A stretch of 64,000 bases of DNA from a virus. Shown piece after piece: positions 32,604-42,702 of the stretch (position 1 is the stretch's first letter; each line of letters begins with the position of its first letter). The notes under the pieces are model-generated. The model ran no database searches. It was not told where the DNA came from and saw only the letters and a program-made list of their open reading frames with translations. A program made the position numbers and the translations under genes. Where the stretch lies: IMG/VR virus record IMGVR_UViG_3300027763_000026; one strand, given 5' to 3'.

Positions 32604-33604
32604 TCTATTGATTTTTTAATTCTCATGTCTGAAATACATCCGCATTTTTCAAGACTGCAAATTATAGTATCTTTAAATAATTTAATTTTTAAGTTAGGAT
32701 TTTGTAATAAATTACCAAAAGTTAGCCGTTTAATGCCACAATGCGCTCCTGTAACTCTTCCGTCCCATTTTATAGATAAATTAGATTTTCCAGCATCGCA
32801 TTTATAATTTTTAAATTTATTTAAACCTTTGCTAATTATTTCTTGACCAAGAAATTTTTCTCTTGTATTGTCTTCATATACAACGTAAGCATTTCTAGTT
32901 TGGTAATTTGGATTAATTTCTGTTAAATCTTTTATATTATTGCGATATGTATTATTTTTTATCCAATGTATTTGCTCTTCTGTATATGAATTATAGTAAT
33001 CCTGCTTCATTGTTCCATCTTCAGACCGTTTACCGAGTTTGAAGACTAAGCCTTTAAACTCCATCGTCGGTACGTTATTTTCTTGAAAAAAATTAACCGC
33101 CTCCATAGCTCTATCCCAACAGTCTACGTCCATTATGACTGCGACTTTTACAATAGATTTTTTTTCTATACCAAGCTTAACTACTCCTAGTACATGTTTG
33201 AAATTGGCATATCTAGGGTGCACGCTAAGATTTGTCATATTTATTTTACTTAAATTTTTTTCCCAAAAATCCATTTTTGCGCTACCATTAGTATCCAACC
33301 CTATGTTAAAATTATTTTGTTGAAAAAAATCAATTAAATCGTCTATTCCTGGGTAAACAGTTGGTTCTCCTCCAGTCAAACCAACAAATCTTTTTTCATA
33401 CTCCATTATTTCAGGATTATCTGCGATTAAATCTTTAAAAAATCTAATATAAGTTTGAATCGGTATTAACGGGGTGGAACCACTATTAAGCTTTGGTGGA
33501 CAGTAGTTGCAGCTGTAATTGCATTGATTTGATACTGTGAACTGGATATTAAATTCATTATTTTCTATTGATTTAATTTTCATAGTTTTTATTAATTTCA
33601 GCAA
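32600..33604 (-). CDS. Radical SAM protein
   Basis: CNYSCNYC, LTGGEPT, DTNGS, C-terminal Cys cluster. Confidence 0.85.
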   Translation of the reverse strand: MLKLIKTMKIKSIENNEFNIQFTVSNQCNYSCNYCPPKLNSGSTPLIPIQTYIRFFKDLIADNPEIMEYEKRFVGLTGGEPTVYPGIDDLIDFFQQNNFNIGLDTNGSAKMDFWEKNLSKINMTNLSVHPRYANFKHVLGVVKLGIEKKSIVKVAVIMDVDCWDRAMEAVNFFQENNVPTMEFKGLVFKLGKRSEDGTMKQDYYNSYTEEQIHWIKNNTYRNNIKDLTEINPNYQTRNAYVVYEDNTREKFLGQEIISKGLNKFKNYKCDAGKSNLSIKWDGRVTGAHCGIKRLTFGNLLQNPNLKIKLFKDTIICSLEKCGCISDMRIKKSIE

Positions 33605-34580
33605 TTAGCGACGTTCGTATTTTATAATTATAATAAAGAGTTAAATTTTCTAGTTCGTCTGACTGTTGTTCGCTTTTCTTTCTATTATTAAAATATTGAG
33701 TTATTAAAGGCTCGAGTCTTTTTCCTTTTTCCGTGAATTGAAGCACTCCATATTTGTTATACATAATGTCCTCGTTCGGATCATAATTCAAGTGTTTTAA
33801 TATGTTAAACCTTTTTGAATATAGTCTATCTTCTAGGGATCCATGCCAATAATGCACAATAAGCCCATCGACATAGGAATATTTTACATCCTTGAACTTT
33901 TTTTGATATTCTAACCAGTTAATTTTGGTCTTATCTGTGCTTTTTCTGTCTAAATTTTTTATATAGTCTTGCCGTTTTAAAACGCAAAAGTTTGCAATAA
34001 TTGAATCTGCGCCACCAATTATTTCTATATCATTTATTTTACCAATTTTTTCATAAAACGATTTAGTAATCGCCCAAATTTGGCCAGTTGATGTCTTGAT
34101 TTTGTTGTTATGATTTTTATGATTAATATCTGCGCACAATATGCTTTTATTAGAAAACGTTAACTCATCCTCTCGTTTGCTTATCACGTCTAATTTATGA
34201 GACGAATTTAAATGTATAATTTCTGACCATGGTTGTACTATGTCGTATATTTTTAATTTTTCAATTGTATCCTCTACCCACAACGGATTAAGAAAATGTA
34301 TATCTCTATCTGACCAAGCAATAAATTTTGCATCATCTGGTAAATCTTTTATAGCAAGATTAATTAAATTTTCTTTTACCCATAAAATATCATTAAGTTT
34401 AAATTTTAAATGTTTGAATACCTTATTTGAATAGTCTGGCAATTCTTGATTGTGTATTCCTTCACATAATACTATTCTCAAGTTGGCCCTTTGAGCATAA
34501 TTTGAAATAAATAAATCTAAATTCTTTTTGGGTAAAGTGGATTGATTAAAATCAAAATACGGTAATATTAAATATAACAT
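33573..34580 (-). CDS. Glycosyltransferase-like protein
   Basis: WVKENLIN...IAWSDRDIHF...IIGGADS...HYWHG. Confidence 0.5.
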   Translation of the reverse strand: MLYLILPYFDFNQSTLPKKNLDLFISNYAQRANLRIVLCEGIHNQELPDYSNKVFKHLKFKLNDILWVKENLINLAIKDLPDDAKFIAWSDRDIHFLNPLWVEDTIEKLKIYDIVQPWSEIIHLNSSHKLDVISKREDELTFSNKSILCADINHKNHNNKIKTSTGQIWAITKSFYEKIGKINDIEIIGGADSIIANFCVLKRQDYIKNLDRKSTDKTKINWLEYQKKFKDVKYSYVDGLIVHYWHGSLEDRLYSKRFNILKHLNYDPNEDIMYNKYGVLQFTEKGKRLEPLITQYFNNRKKSEQQSDELENLTLYYNYKIRTSLIAEINKNYEN

Positions 34581-34676
34581 ATACTACTATATTATATAAA
34601 TAAAAAAAATTATCTCAATTTATATATTTGTTAATTGTGGTTTTTAATCCTCTATAAAGTATCATTTATAAAATTT

Positions 34677-36611
34677 CTAGCAATTTGATACTCCATCATT
34701 TGGTCCAGGTTCATTTTGAAGTCCATAGAGGGCCTTTCGGTACGTATTGCATACAGGCGCCTGCGCGGTCGTGCAGTCTACGCCGTCTAGATTACAGTCC
34801 ATTTTGCCTGTATTGGGATTCCATACTGCGTGTCCTATATCCCTTCTAAATGCGGCGCTACCTGTTATTTCTTTCTTATAACAATCAAAACCTGGACACC
34901 TAGGATCATCACCTGGGACTTTTCTATGTTCTCCCCACTCCCTACATTTTTGGCATCCTACGTTTTTCCCATTACAAATTCCATAATAACAACAATCGCC
35001 TGGACGAGGCGCACAACTGGGACTTTGAGTTTCTGGAGTAGGAGTAATGTATGTGCATGTAAGGCAGGTACATTCTTTGTTGGAATCCGAAGAGCAGGCC
35101 TTGGGTGAGCAACTACACTGTGCATATTTATTATTATTTTCAATATCTTCTTTGGCTGATTGACAATCTGGACCATATTCATAGCAACCGCTTTGGCATA
35201 CGCACGTACTTGATGGAGTAGGAGTACAACATATATCGCAAGGTATCGTACTACCATCTTTACAAACCAAGTCTACGCCCTCACAAGTTCCAGCTTGGCC
35301 GCAATGTCCAGGAGAAGTATAACCTGAATTCTCGCAATTGCAAGGAGTCAACGAAGGTGAGCCTGTGGGTATTGGAACTATGCACCAACAGGGCTCAAAG
35401 ATACCGCACTCACCTGTTACACCGCAATCTTCGCACATATCAAGTGTACTTCCAGCAACGCTTTTGTCGCAAGCGGATTTGCTGCTAAATCCTCCCTTAT
35501 CTCTGCATGTTTTACGCTGGTGCACACATATATCGCAGGTGAAAAGTGGACACCGATTAATTCCACAAGGTCCAGTTCGGCAACATGCAGCCACGTCGTT
35601 CCCATTAGGCGAACAGTTGCCTGAATTACAATCGCCAGGATCGCGACAGCCAACATCTTCGCATCCTTCGGGACATGTCGGCGTAGGAGTCTCACAAGGA
35701 GTAGGAGTAGGGTCAATTATTAAATCTGTACATTCACTATTTGTTTTGCAATCGTCCCCAGAGCATGGATTAGGTGAACATTCACAGTTAAGACTGCAGT
35801 ATTTACGTTTAGCATCATTACATGCGCTCATCGAAGGATACATTGCACAATCGCAAGGACAAAGCCTCGTGTCTGTGGGCGTTGGAGGTGTAGGAGTTAC
35901 GGTAGGAACTTTCTCACACGATCCACAAAATATAACACATCCGTTAGAACATGTTTCTGAATGTTGATTTACGCATTTATAATCTGGAGCAGCACAATTA
36001 CCACAATCTGTGCCTGAATCACAAACGCAAGGATCACCAGCATTATCGCAGCTTGGAGTTGGAGAGTTCGTTGGGCAATCATAACAGTCATCTTTAGGTG
36101 GACTGCAATCTCCTGATTGACACGTTACCTTTGTACAATCACCACTATTAAAAGCACTATATCCGCAATCAAAACAATAACAAGGTGTAGATGATGATGT
36201 TGGTGTGTCGCTTGGAGGCCAACATTTAGGACAAACTGGCGGATCACAAAAACCACCACAACCCGCTATGTCATACGCTCCAAATTCATTCGCTGGGCAT
36301 GTGCTAGTGTCGTCTCCACAAGGACCATCCCCAGTATCTTTGCATCCACAAGTTGGCGTAGGAGGACATTTTGGACATTTCATTAATGGATCTTCTGCAC
36401 ACAAACAAAGTTCTTCTGTGGGAAAAAGTGCTTCTGGACAATCTACTGGTGGATCATCTCCGCAAAATCCGTTTTCACTTTTACATCTACATTCGGGTGG
36501 CCTAGGCTCATTAGATGCTCCTTGTTGATGGTCAGACTGCCTGTGATCTTCTGTATACTCTAATATTTGAGATATTAACTCAACTATGTCTTTATTTTTA
36601 GAGTTGTCCAT
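34677..36611 (-). CDS. 644-aa Cys-rich modular protein with Pro/Thr linkers
   Basis: About 93 Cys by hand count, in ~10 modules of 7-11 Cys separated by PTPT. Confidence 0.8.
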   Translation of the reverse strand: MDNSKNKDIVELISQILEYTEDHRQSDHQQGASNEPRPPECRCKSENGFCGDDPPVDCPEALFPTEELCLCAEDPLMKCPKCPPTPTCGCKDTGDGPCGDDTSTCPANEFGAYDIAGCGGFCDPPVCPKCWPPSDTPTSSSTPCYCFDCGYSAFNSGDCTKVTCQSGDCSPPKDDCYDCPTNSPTPSCDNAGDPCVCDSGTDCGNCAAPDYKCVNQHSETCSNGCVIFCGSCEKVPTVTPTPPTPTDTRLCPCDCAMYPSMSACNDAKRKYCSLNCECSPNPCSGDDCKTNSECTDLIIDPTPTPCETPTPTCPEGCEDVGCRDPGDCNSGNCSPNGNDVAACCRTGPCGINRCPLFTCDICVHQRKTCRDKGGFSSKSACDKSVAGSTLDMCEDCGVTGECGIFEPCWCIVPIPTGSPSLTPCNCENSGYTSPGHCGQAGTCEGVDLVCKDGSTIPCDICCTPTPSSTCVCQSGCYEYGPDCQSAKEDIENNNKYAQCSCSPKACSSDSNKECTCLTCTYITPTPETQSPSCAPRPGDCCYYGICNGKNVGCQKCREWGEHRKVPGDDPRCPGFDCYKKEITGSAAFRRDIGHAVWNPNTGKMDCNLDGVDCTTAQAPVCNTYRKALYGLQNEPGPNDGVSNC

Positions 36612-36704
36612 GATTTAACTAGGTTACACTTAATTTTAAATCAAAATTATACAATAATTTAGAAATAAATAAATTACAAATATATTATATAGAGTATTCG
36701 TAAT

Positions 36705-37235
36705 ATGATTCCAGAACTACAAAAAAAATATATAGAAAATTTTGAAAAAAATCTTATATATTCCTCTTTAAAAGATCTTCAAGTCCTTCAGTCTAAAAAT
36801 ATAGATAATACAGCAAATTTAGGAGTTTTTGCAAAAAGAAATTTTTCAAAAAATGAATTAATAGAATGTAGTCCAATTTTTCAATTAGGTTGGCGATCAA
36901 ACTATCATCGTGACCCTGTGATAAGTCAATATGCGTTCACTCATAATCGTCAATGTCAATGCAATGAATGTAAAACTCATGGATTCAATTATTATATCTC
37001 TTTGGGGTATGGCTCTATTTACAATAGCAAAAAAGATCGTGATGCAGATTGGTTCGTATCTCCAAAGCATAGAGCTTGGTTCTTGGTCGCTGTAAAAGAT
37101 ATAAAAAGAGGAAATGAAATATTTACTTACTACGGAGACGGTTATGATATGAACCGCTATCAAAATAAATCAAGTACGCCTAAATCAATAGAAGATATAG
37201 ATTGGTCAAAGATACCTTTAACACCAACAAAATAA
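36705..37235 (+). CDS. SET-domain protein-lysine methyltransferase-like protein
   Basis: GVFAKRNF, GYGSIYNS, AVKDIKRGNEIFTYYG. Confidence 0.8.
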   Translation: MIPELQKKYIENFEKNLIYSSLKDLQVLQSKNIDNTANLGVFAKRNFSKNELIECSPIFQLGWRSNYHRDPVISQYAFTHNRQCQCNECKTHGFNYYISLGYGSIYNSKKDRDADWFVSPKHRAWFLVAVKDIKRGNEIFTYYGDGYDMNRYQNKSSTPKSIEDIDWSKIPLTPTK

Positions 37236-37236
37236 T

Positions 37237-37866
37237 TTAAAAATCTCTTATTCCATCCATCATCACGTTTGTCGTATTCGACATATTTGCTATTTGATAT
37301 GCGAATCTATTGTGCGGACAATATATTTTATCTGTTTCGACTAAATATCTATTCCATGCTTGATCAAGAATCCATGAATCTGAATGATCATTAACTCCTT
37401 CATATGTATCTTTTTGTTTTATATAGCTCCAAAATAAAAAATTTGTATATTTTTTATAATATGGTTTATTTACAATTTGCATTGTAGATTGCCATATTCT
37501 TGAAGGCTTTAAAAAAAAATCATTTATCTTTGAGTTTATATCAAAATTGCTTCCCATAGCAATAAGATCCCATTCTATTTCTTTTAATTTCAACAAAAGT
37601 AATTTCAATTCTATTAAAGAATAAGGAAAAAACACATCGTCTTCTATGATAATAACTTTATCAAAACCTTTTTGAGTTGCATATTCCATCGCTAAAAAAT
37701 GACTGAAAGCGCAACCTTTATGTCCATTTTTTTTATTTAAAAATGCCTCAATTATATGTATAGAAAAATTATTATCGAAATAATTATTAAAAAGATCTAA
37801 ACACCTTGTTAGCCGATCCTTTCTTTCTTTTAAATTAATTAATATTATATTTATATGTTCCATCAA
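37237..37866 (-). CDS. Glycosyltransferase family 25-like protein
   Basis: [22 protein letters not shown]. Confidence 0.75.
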   Translation of the reverse strand: MMEHINIILINLKERKDRLTRCLDLFNNYFDNNFSIHIIEAFLNKKNGHKGCAFSHFLAMEYATQKGFDKVIIIEDDVFFPYSLIELKLLLLKLKEIEWDLIAMGSNFDINSKINDFFLKPSRIWQSTMQIVNKPYYKKYTNFLFWSYIKQKDTYEGVNDHSDSWILDQAWNRYLVETDKIYCPHNRFAYQIANMSNTTNVMMDGIRDF

Positions 37867-39065
37867 TATTGTTTTAAAAATTCTTTCAAAGAGTCCACTT
37901 TACTTTTTAAGATATCATCTTTCGTTACATTATAAAAGAATGGATTATCATTTGGAATATACTTTTTTAAGACATCTAATTTATTTGATTTGACTTCGTA
38001 CCATCCTTTGCCAGTATAAATGTTTAAAACGTCTTCAAAATATTTTTCATACATCGTAGCCACTTTTTCTAAAGAAAAATTTTCACCAAATTTTCTACAA
38101 TTTATTGGCTTAATTTTATTTATATTTTGCGCAGCGTATATAAAATCTTCAAAACTTTTGCACCTATATCCAGTCAACCCATGAATATTATTCTCTGCAA
38201 AAGACCCCCAATCTGTTGTTATTGTAGGAGTCCCGCTTAAAAGACTCTCTACTTGAACTCCACCAAATGGTTCTATATATTGCGAGGCAACAAAAGTGCC
38301 TTTAGCTTTTGACATTAATTTTCTTCTAGTTTCTATGTCTGCATAGCCAATATGTTCTACGTATTCAGAGTTTATGTTCATCTCTTTTAAATTGCCTTGA
38401 CCTGCGATTATAAGTTTCTGCTTTAAGTGCTCACAAACTTGATGAGCTATATGAACTCCTTTACCGCTGTAAACCCGTCCTAGATATAAAAAATAATCTT
38501 CTTTTTCTTCTGAGTATTCAAAATCGTCTAAATCAAAATAGTTTGGTATAACTACATCATACCAGCCTTGTTTGCAGGTTCCTATCGCTTCTAAGCCGTA
38601 ATATGCATGATAAATAGCATAAGATTCAAAAATTTTAAATTTAGCCCAATGACCTCCAGCATAACCAATTCCTGGTTCGACAACTATCATATCTTCATGA
38701 GCATCGCAAATCGTTCTAACTCCACTCCCCCAAAATGGTAAAAGAAAATCTAATTTTTGTTTTCTTTTGTGAATTTCAAGAATCGCATTTTTATAAAAAG
38801 TTTGATAAGCGTGATCATTTGTATCAAATTTAAAAAAATTATTTTTCCAATCGTGCGAACCATAAGATATTTCAAAATCTTTATTTGTCAAAACTGTAAC
38901 ATGCTCGTCACAAATCACCTCTGAATCTTCGTGGCCATAATGAATTATATAGTGGCCTCTGGCTTTCATCATCTTGCAAAACTTAACTACTTTTTGAGTA
39001 TAAGCGCAAGCGTTGAATAGTTTACTTGAAACTGTATGAGGCAAACCTAATACATGAAATCTCAT
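37863..39065 (-). CDS. GT-B (family 4-like) glycosyltransferase
   Basis: LYLGRV...KGVHIA...IAGQG...[23 protein letters not shown]. Confidence 0.85.
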   Translation of the reverse strand: MRFHVLGLPHTVSSKLFNACAYTQKVVKFCKMMKARGHYIIHYGHEDSEVICDEHVTVLTNKDFEISYGSHDWKNNFFKFDTNDHAYQTFYKNAILEIHKRKQKLDFLLPFWGSGVRTICDAHEDMIVVEPGIGYAGGHWAKFKIFESYAIYHAYYGLEAIGTCKQGWYDVVIPNYFDLDDFEYSEEKEDYFLYLGRVYSGKGVHIAHQVCEHLKQKLIIAGQGNLKEMNINSEYVEHIGYADIETRRKLMSKAKGTFVASQYIEPFGGVQVESLLSGTPTITTDWGSFAENNIHGLTGYRCKSFEDFIYAAQNINKIKPINCRKFGENFSLEKVATMYEKYFEDVLNIYTGKGWYEVKSNKLDVLKKYIPNDNPFFYNVTKDDILKSKVDSLKEFLKQY

Positions 39066-39445
39066 ATATTATTTCTCTCTAATGAAGTAGTTTTTTTTTC
39101 TTTTAGGATTAAGTTTATTAATGTAATTTTTTGCTAAAGCATATCCCTCTTTTGAGAATGGAAATACTCCATAAAGAAAATTTTCAATTGAATATATACC
39201 ATAATATTTTTTCTTTTTACTTTTTGGCATTGTTATATTCCTCTAATAGCGTTTTTAATAATTTTAAATGATAAATATCCCAATTATCGCCAGTTTGTAA
39301 AGCCTCCCTTACCAAAGAATCATCATATTCCTTTTTTTCTAATATTTGGTTTAATAAGTTTAATATTTTGTCCATAGTGAATTATACTAAAAAATATTGA
39401 TAAAATCCAAAATCTAATGTAATATAAAGATAGTTCATTCTAATT

Positions 39446-39832
39446 GGGCCCGTACTGGTTTCGATTTTAAAGAAATAAATTGAAATGCAAGTGGAGGTTG
39501 AATCGAGGACTCCTTAAAAAGTTTCAATTTATATTAACTGCCAAAACAGCAAAATATAAAGGTCATATTTCAGCAAGAGTTTCTCTTGTTGAGATGACCG
39601 CTTCTGTAGCTTAAGTTACAGCGTGATACCCTTGACACATCTATTGGGATATTGCGTAATTAGATGTCTTATTATTAGTAGTTTTTTTATTCTATTAATA
39701 TTAAGTATCAAAAATAAAATCGCTGAGTATGTTTGCTCTTTATCTATACAAAGCTAAAAACAAAAAGAACTAAACTTGTAGTATTTTAATTTAGATTTTT
39801 AAAAGACAGAGGTTCAATTCCTCTCGGGTCCA
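39446..39832 (+). ncRNA. ssrA: tmRNA
   Basis: 5' GGGCCCGUACUGGUUUCGA; 3' T-arm AGAGG-UUCAAUU-CCUCU then CGGGUCC-A; acceptor stem with G3.U70; tag frame 39540-39614 (AKTAKYKGHISARVSLVEMTASVA*); CCA not encoded. Confidence 0.92.
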
Positions 39833-39899
39833 AGTAAACGAATCCCTCTGTCTGCATTTTTATTAGAAAAAACGTATCGTAACTATATATAATCCTTAT

Positions 39900-40451
39900 A
39901 TGAATATCAAAAAAACAAAAATAATTTGCGCCACTTGTAGCAAAGAACGCGAAGTAAGGCAAAGCGATTATAATAGAAAAATTAAAGCTGGTCAAAGTAA
40001 GTTTTATTGTAGTTTAAAATGTTCTGGAAAAGCTGATTATAAGAATAATCCTCAAAAATTAGAAAAAAACAAAGGAAATATTAATTTATTGAAGGGTCAT
40101 GAAGCGAATAGATTAGATGAATATAGTCCATTTAAGTATTCTTTAAATAAAGCCAGGTCAAGAAGCAAAGAGAGGGGGGAAGAAACGGATTTAACTCTTG
40201 AATATTTGAAACAACTCTTAGAAAAACAAAATGGATTATGCTCTTATACAAGTATAGTTCTTGAATTACCCAGAAGCTCTCAAGATGCGGATATAAAGAA
40301 AAGCCCAACTAAATTAAGCCTTGATAGGATCGATCCAAATATAGGATATATCAAGGGAAATGTTGAATTTGTATGTTATTGTGTTAATGTTATGAAAAAT
40401 GACTTTTCAAAACAAAAGATGGTAGAATTTATTAAAAAAATTAGAAATTAA
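39900..40451 (+). CDS. Free-standing HNH/EndoVII-like endonuclease with an N-terminal Zn-binding motif
   Basis: CATC...YCSLKC; QNGLCSYT...SLDRIDPNIGYIKGNVEFVCYCVNVMKN; TATAAT-N6-ATG. Confidence 0.8.
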   Translation: MNIKKTKIICATCSKEREVRQSDYNRKIKAGQSKFYCSLKCSGKADYKNNPQKLEKNKGNINLLKGHEANRLDEYSPFKYSLNKARSRSKERGEETDLTLEYLKQLLEKQNGLCSYTSIVLELPRSSQDADIKKSPTKLSLDRIDPNIGYIKGNVEFVCYCVNVMKNDFSKQKMVEFIKKIRN

Positions 40452-40476
40452 AAACTTGACTTAGTATAATACAAAT

Positions 40477-40914
40477 ATGAATATATCACCATATTTAGAC
40501 ATTCTTGTAAAAAATGAGAAAATTTTTGAAGCCTTAAAAGCAAAATATCCAGATATTTTAGCTGATCTGACTAGCGCTAAATTCAACCCGAACTGTTCAT
40601 GCCGAGGTAGAGTTTCTGCCCATTTGAATAAAAAATATGTAGAGGGCGACAAGGATTTTATTGATTTCATCTTGAATATGGAAGAAATAAAAGAGCAAAA
40701 AGCTACAATGGATAAGATTATTAAAGAATCAGAAGAGGCCAATAGACAAAAACTTGAAAATGCAAAAGACATAAGCATTAGTAATATTTATCAAGTCCCT
40801 AAAGGTCCAAAAGCTTGGGAAGATTTTAATAAGTTTGTAAATGAAAAAGGCATACCTTTTAGATCATTTTCTGTTCTAGACAAAGGTGAGTTTCTAGAAG
40901 TTTATTTCTTATAA
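40477..40914 (+). CDS. Hypothetical protein
   Basis: ORF; TATAAT-N6-ATG. Confidence 0.6.
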   Translation: MNISPYLDILVKNEKIFEALKAKYPDILADLTSAKFNPNCSCRGRVSAHLNKKYVEGDKDFIDFILNMEEIKEQKATMDKIIKESEEANRQKLENAKDISISNIYQVPKGPKAWEDFNKFVNEKGIPFRSFSVLDKGEFLEVYFL

Positions 40915-41204
40915 TGTTGACTTTTGTAATATATTTATTTCTCTGTTTAGGATTAACTTACGCTTGGTCTGATACTGAAGTCTCAAGACCATTTAGAAAT
41001 TTTATAGCAAAAATACCTTACATTCGACGACCCTTGCTTTGTCATGAGTGCAGTAGTTTCTGGGTTTCTCTGGCTCTGTCTTTTTTTATCAATCCACTAC
41101 AAGAATTGACTTATCCAATCGTCTCTAACATACTTTGTAGTTTCACTGGGTTTTTTATTAATTTAATTTTTGTTCGAAACCATTTTATTAAATACAAAGA
41201 GTAA
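40914..41204 (+). CDS. DUF1360-like membrane protein
   Basis: Transmembrane segments and LLCHECSSFW. Confidence 0.55.
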   Translation: MLTFVIYLFLCLGLTYAWSDTEVSRPFRNFIAKIPYIRRPLLCHECSSFWVSLALSFFINPLQELTYPIVSNILCSFTGFFINLIFVRNHFIKYKE

Positions 41205-41206
41205 AG

Positions 41207-41479
41207 ATGCCGCGCGCACAAAAAAAAATTGATTTAATGTATTTTAGTGCTTCTTGGTGTGGGCCATGCAAAATGATGAAGCCTCTAATTGATAGTTTTA
41301 TTACCCGTAATTCAGATAAAGTGAATCTAATGAAGATCGACGTAGATTCTGATCGCCATATGGCTCAAGCTTATCAAATAAACTCCGTGCCAGCTTTTGT
41401 AGTATTAAAAGACGGAGCTTTAGTGGACAGATTCAATGGGATGGTGAGTCAGGCTAGATTAAATCAAATTTTAAATTAA
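41207..41479 (+). CDS. trxA: Thioredoxin
   Basis: WCGPC, KIDVD, SVPAF. Confidence 0.92.
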   Translation: MPRAQKKIDLMYFSASWCGPCKMMKPLIDSFITRNSDKVNLMKIDVDSDRHMAQAYQINSVPAFVVLKDGALVDRFNGMVSQARLNQILN

Positions 41480-41691
41480 TTTTTATTTTTTGGGACAAAG
41501 TATATTATGACTTCGTCCCCGTATGTTTGAAATTTCTTTAATTTATAATTTTTTCTATCAAGAAGATTTGTTAATTCGTTTGTATATTCGCCTTTAGTAT
41601 AGACTATAATAGTGTTTGAATCTTTTGAATCAACCCCGTATTCGTCTGAAAATTCAGAGCATATTGCCAAGGCTTCGCTTTGGTTACTCAC
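41476..41691 (-). CDS. Hypothetical protein (GTG start)
   Basis: ORF; GTGTAA-N8-GTG. Confidence 0.5.
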   Translation of the reverse strand: MSNQSEALAICSEFSDEYGVDSKDSNTIIVYTKGEYTNELTNLLDRKNYKLKKFQTYGDEVIIYFVPKNKN

Positions 41692-41709
41692 ATAATAGTT
41701 TACACTATT

Positions 41710-42702
41710 TTAAATAGATTCTTTGTTTCCAGAAAAGATAACTTCTATATAATCATTAATGGAATGGTTTAGATATGTTTTAATAAAAGACTGCATTGCG
41801 CTTAACGTATCAAATTTGTATAAATCATTATTTTGATATAATTTGTAAGTGTCCATTTGCTCGAAAATATCGCATTTATTAATTATAAGTTTTGTTACTC
41901 CAGAAATTCTAATTGCATCAATTAGTTTATTTAAATTAAGCCAATTTACCATTCTCTTTCTACCAGTTGTTGAGCCAAACTCTTTACCTAGTTCAATTAT
42001 CATATTCAATTCCTGGTCTTGCCATAGAGATTCTGGAAATAATGGATCTACCCCACTTTTTGTATCATAAATTTTTGCTACGCCAATTATATTCCTTACT
42101 TTTTTTGGACTAAAACCTAAAGAGCAAGCTGAATATGGAAGAGTTTCACTACTAGTAACATAAGGATAATCTCCATAATTTATATCTAGCCAAAAACTTT
42201 GAGCTCCTTCGCAAAGAATTTCTCCATAGAGTCTTCCGTCCCAAAGATATTTTTTATCTAAATAGTTTTGAGCAAGTTTCCCAATTCTTAATGCCTTATC
42301 TGAATATGCTGGAGCAATACCTTGGCCAGTGGTTCCAAATTTTGTTTTTAAGAATTTAAGATCATATTCAATATGTTTTTCTGTTATAATATGAGCCTTG
42401 GGACTAACTTTAATTAAAGATGTATCAAATCCTTCTTTTTCAAGATAATCTATTTCGTCATAAAATTTGTCTACATTAATCACACAATTAGGCCCTATAA
42501 CGCTAAGTTTGTTTTGGAAAATCCCGCACGGTATGACATGAGTTTTATATTTTTTATCATTAATATAAACTGTGTGACCTGCATTGGGGCCACCATTCCA
42601 GCGACAAACTATATCGTAATTTTTAGATATAGCGTTGCTTATCTTTCCTTTTCCTTCATCTCCCCAAGCTAAACCAAATATAATATCAACTGCTTTGATC
42701 AT
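41710..42702 (-). CDS. purA: Adenylosuccinate synthetase, short form
   Basis: WGDEGKG, GGPNAGH, GTTGQGIAPAYSDK, EGAQ, YPYVTSS, GSTTGRKR. Confidence 0.92.
   Translation of the reverse strand: MIKAVDIIFGLAWGDEGKGKISNAISKNYDIVCRWNGGPNAGHTVYINDKKYKTHVIPCGIFQNKLSVIGPNCVINVDKFYDEIDYLEKEGFDTSLIKVSPKAHIITEKHIEYDLKFLKTKFGTTGQGIAPAYSDKALRIGKLAQNYLDKKYLWDGRLYGEILCEGAQSFWLDINYGDYPYVTSSETLPYSACSLGFSPKKVRNIIGVAKIYDTKSGVDPLFPESLWQDQELNMIIELGKEFGSTTGRKRMVNWLNLNKLIDAIRISGVTKLIINKCDIFEQMDTYKLYQNNDLYKFDTLSAMQSFIKTYLNHSINDYIEVIFSGNKESI

Noticed and set aside
34830-36528. Long alternative-frame and antisense ORFs in the Cys-rich gene
   Set aside because: Shadows of a GC-richer repetitive coding strand; no independent signals
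39786-39995. 69-aa minus-strand ORF
   Set aside because: Antisense to the tmRNA 3' end and HNH start; its LDPRGIEPL is the typical tRNA-arm translation artefact
41710-42702. PurZ / 2-aminoadenine (Z-DNA) pathway
   Set aside because: Retains the PurA catalytic Asp (GDEGKG rather than GSTGKG) and the TTGR Arg; the MazG-like gene is 35 kb away and no DatZ-like gene is seen
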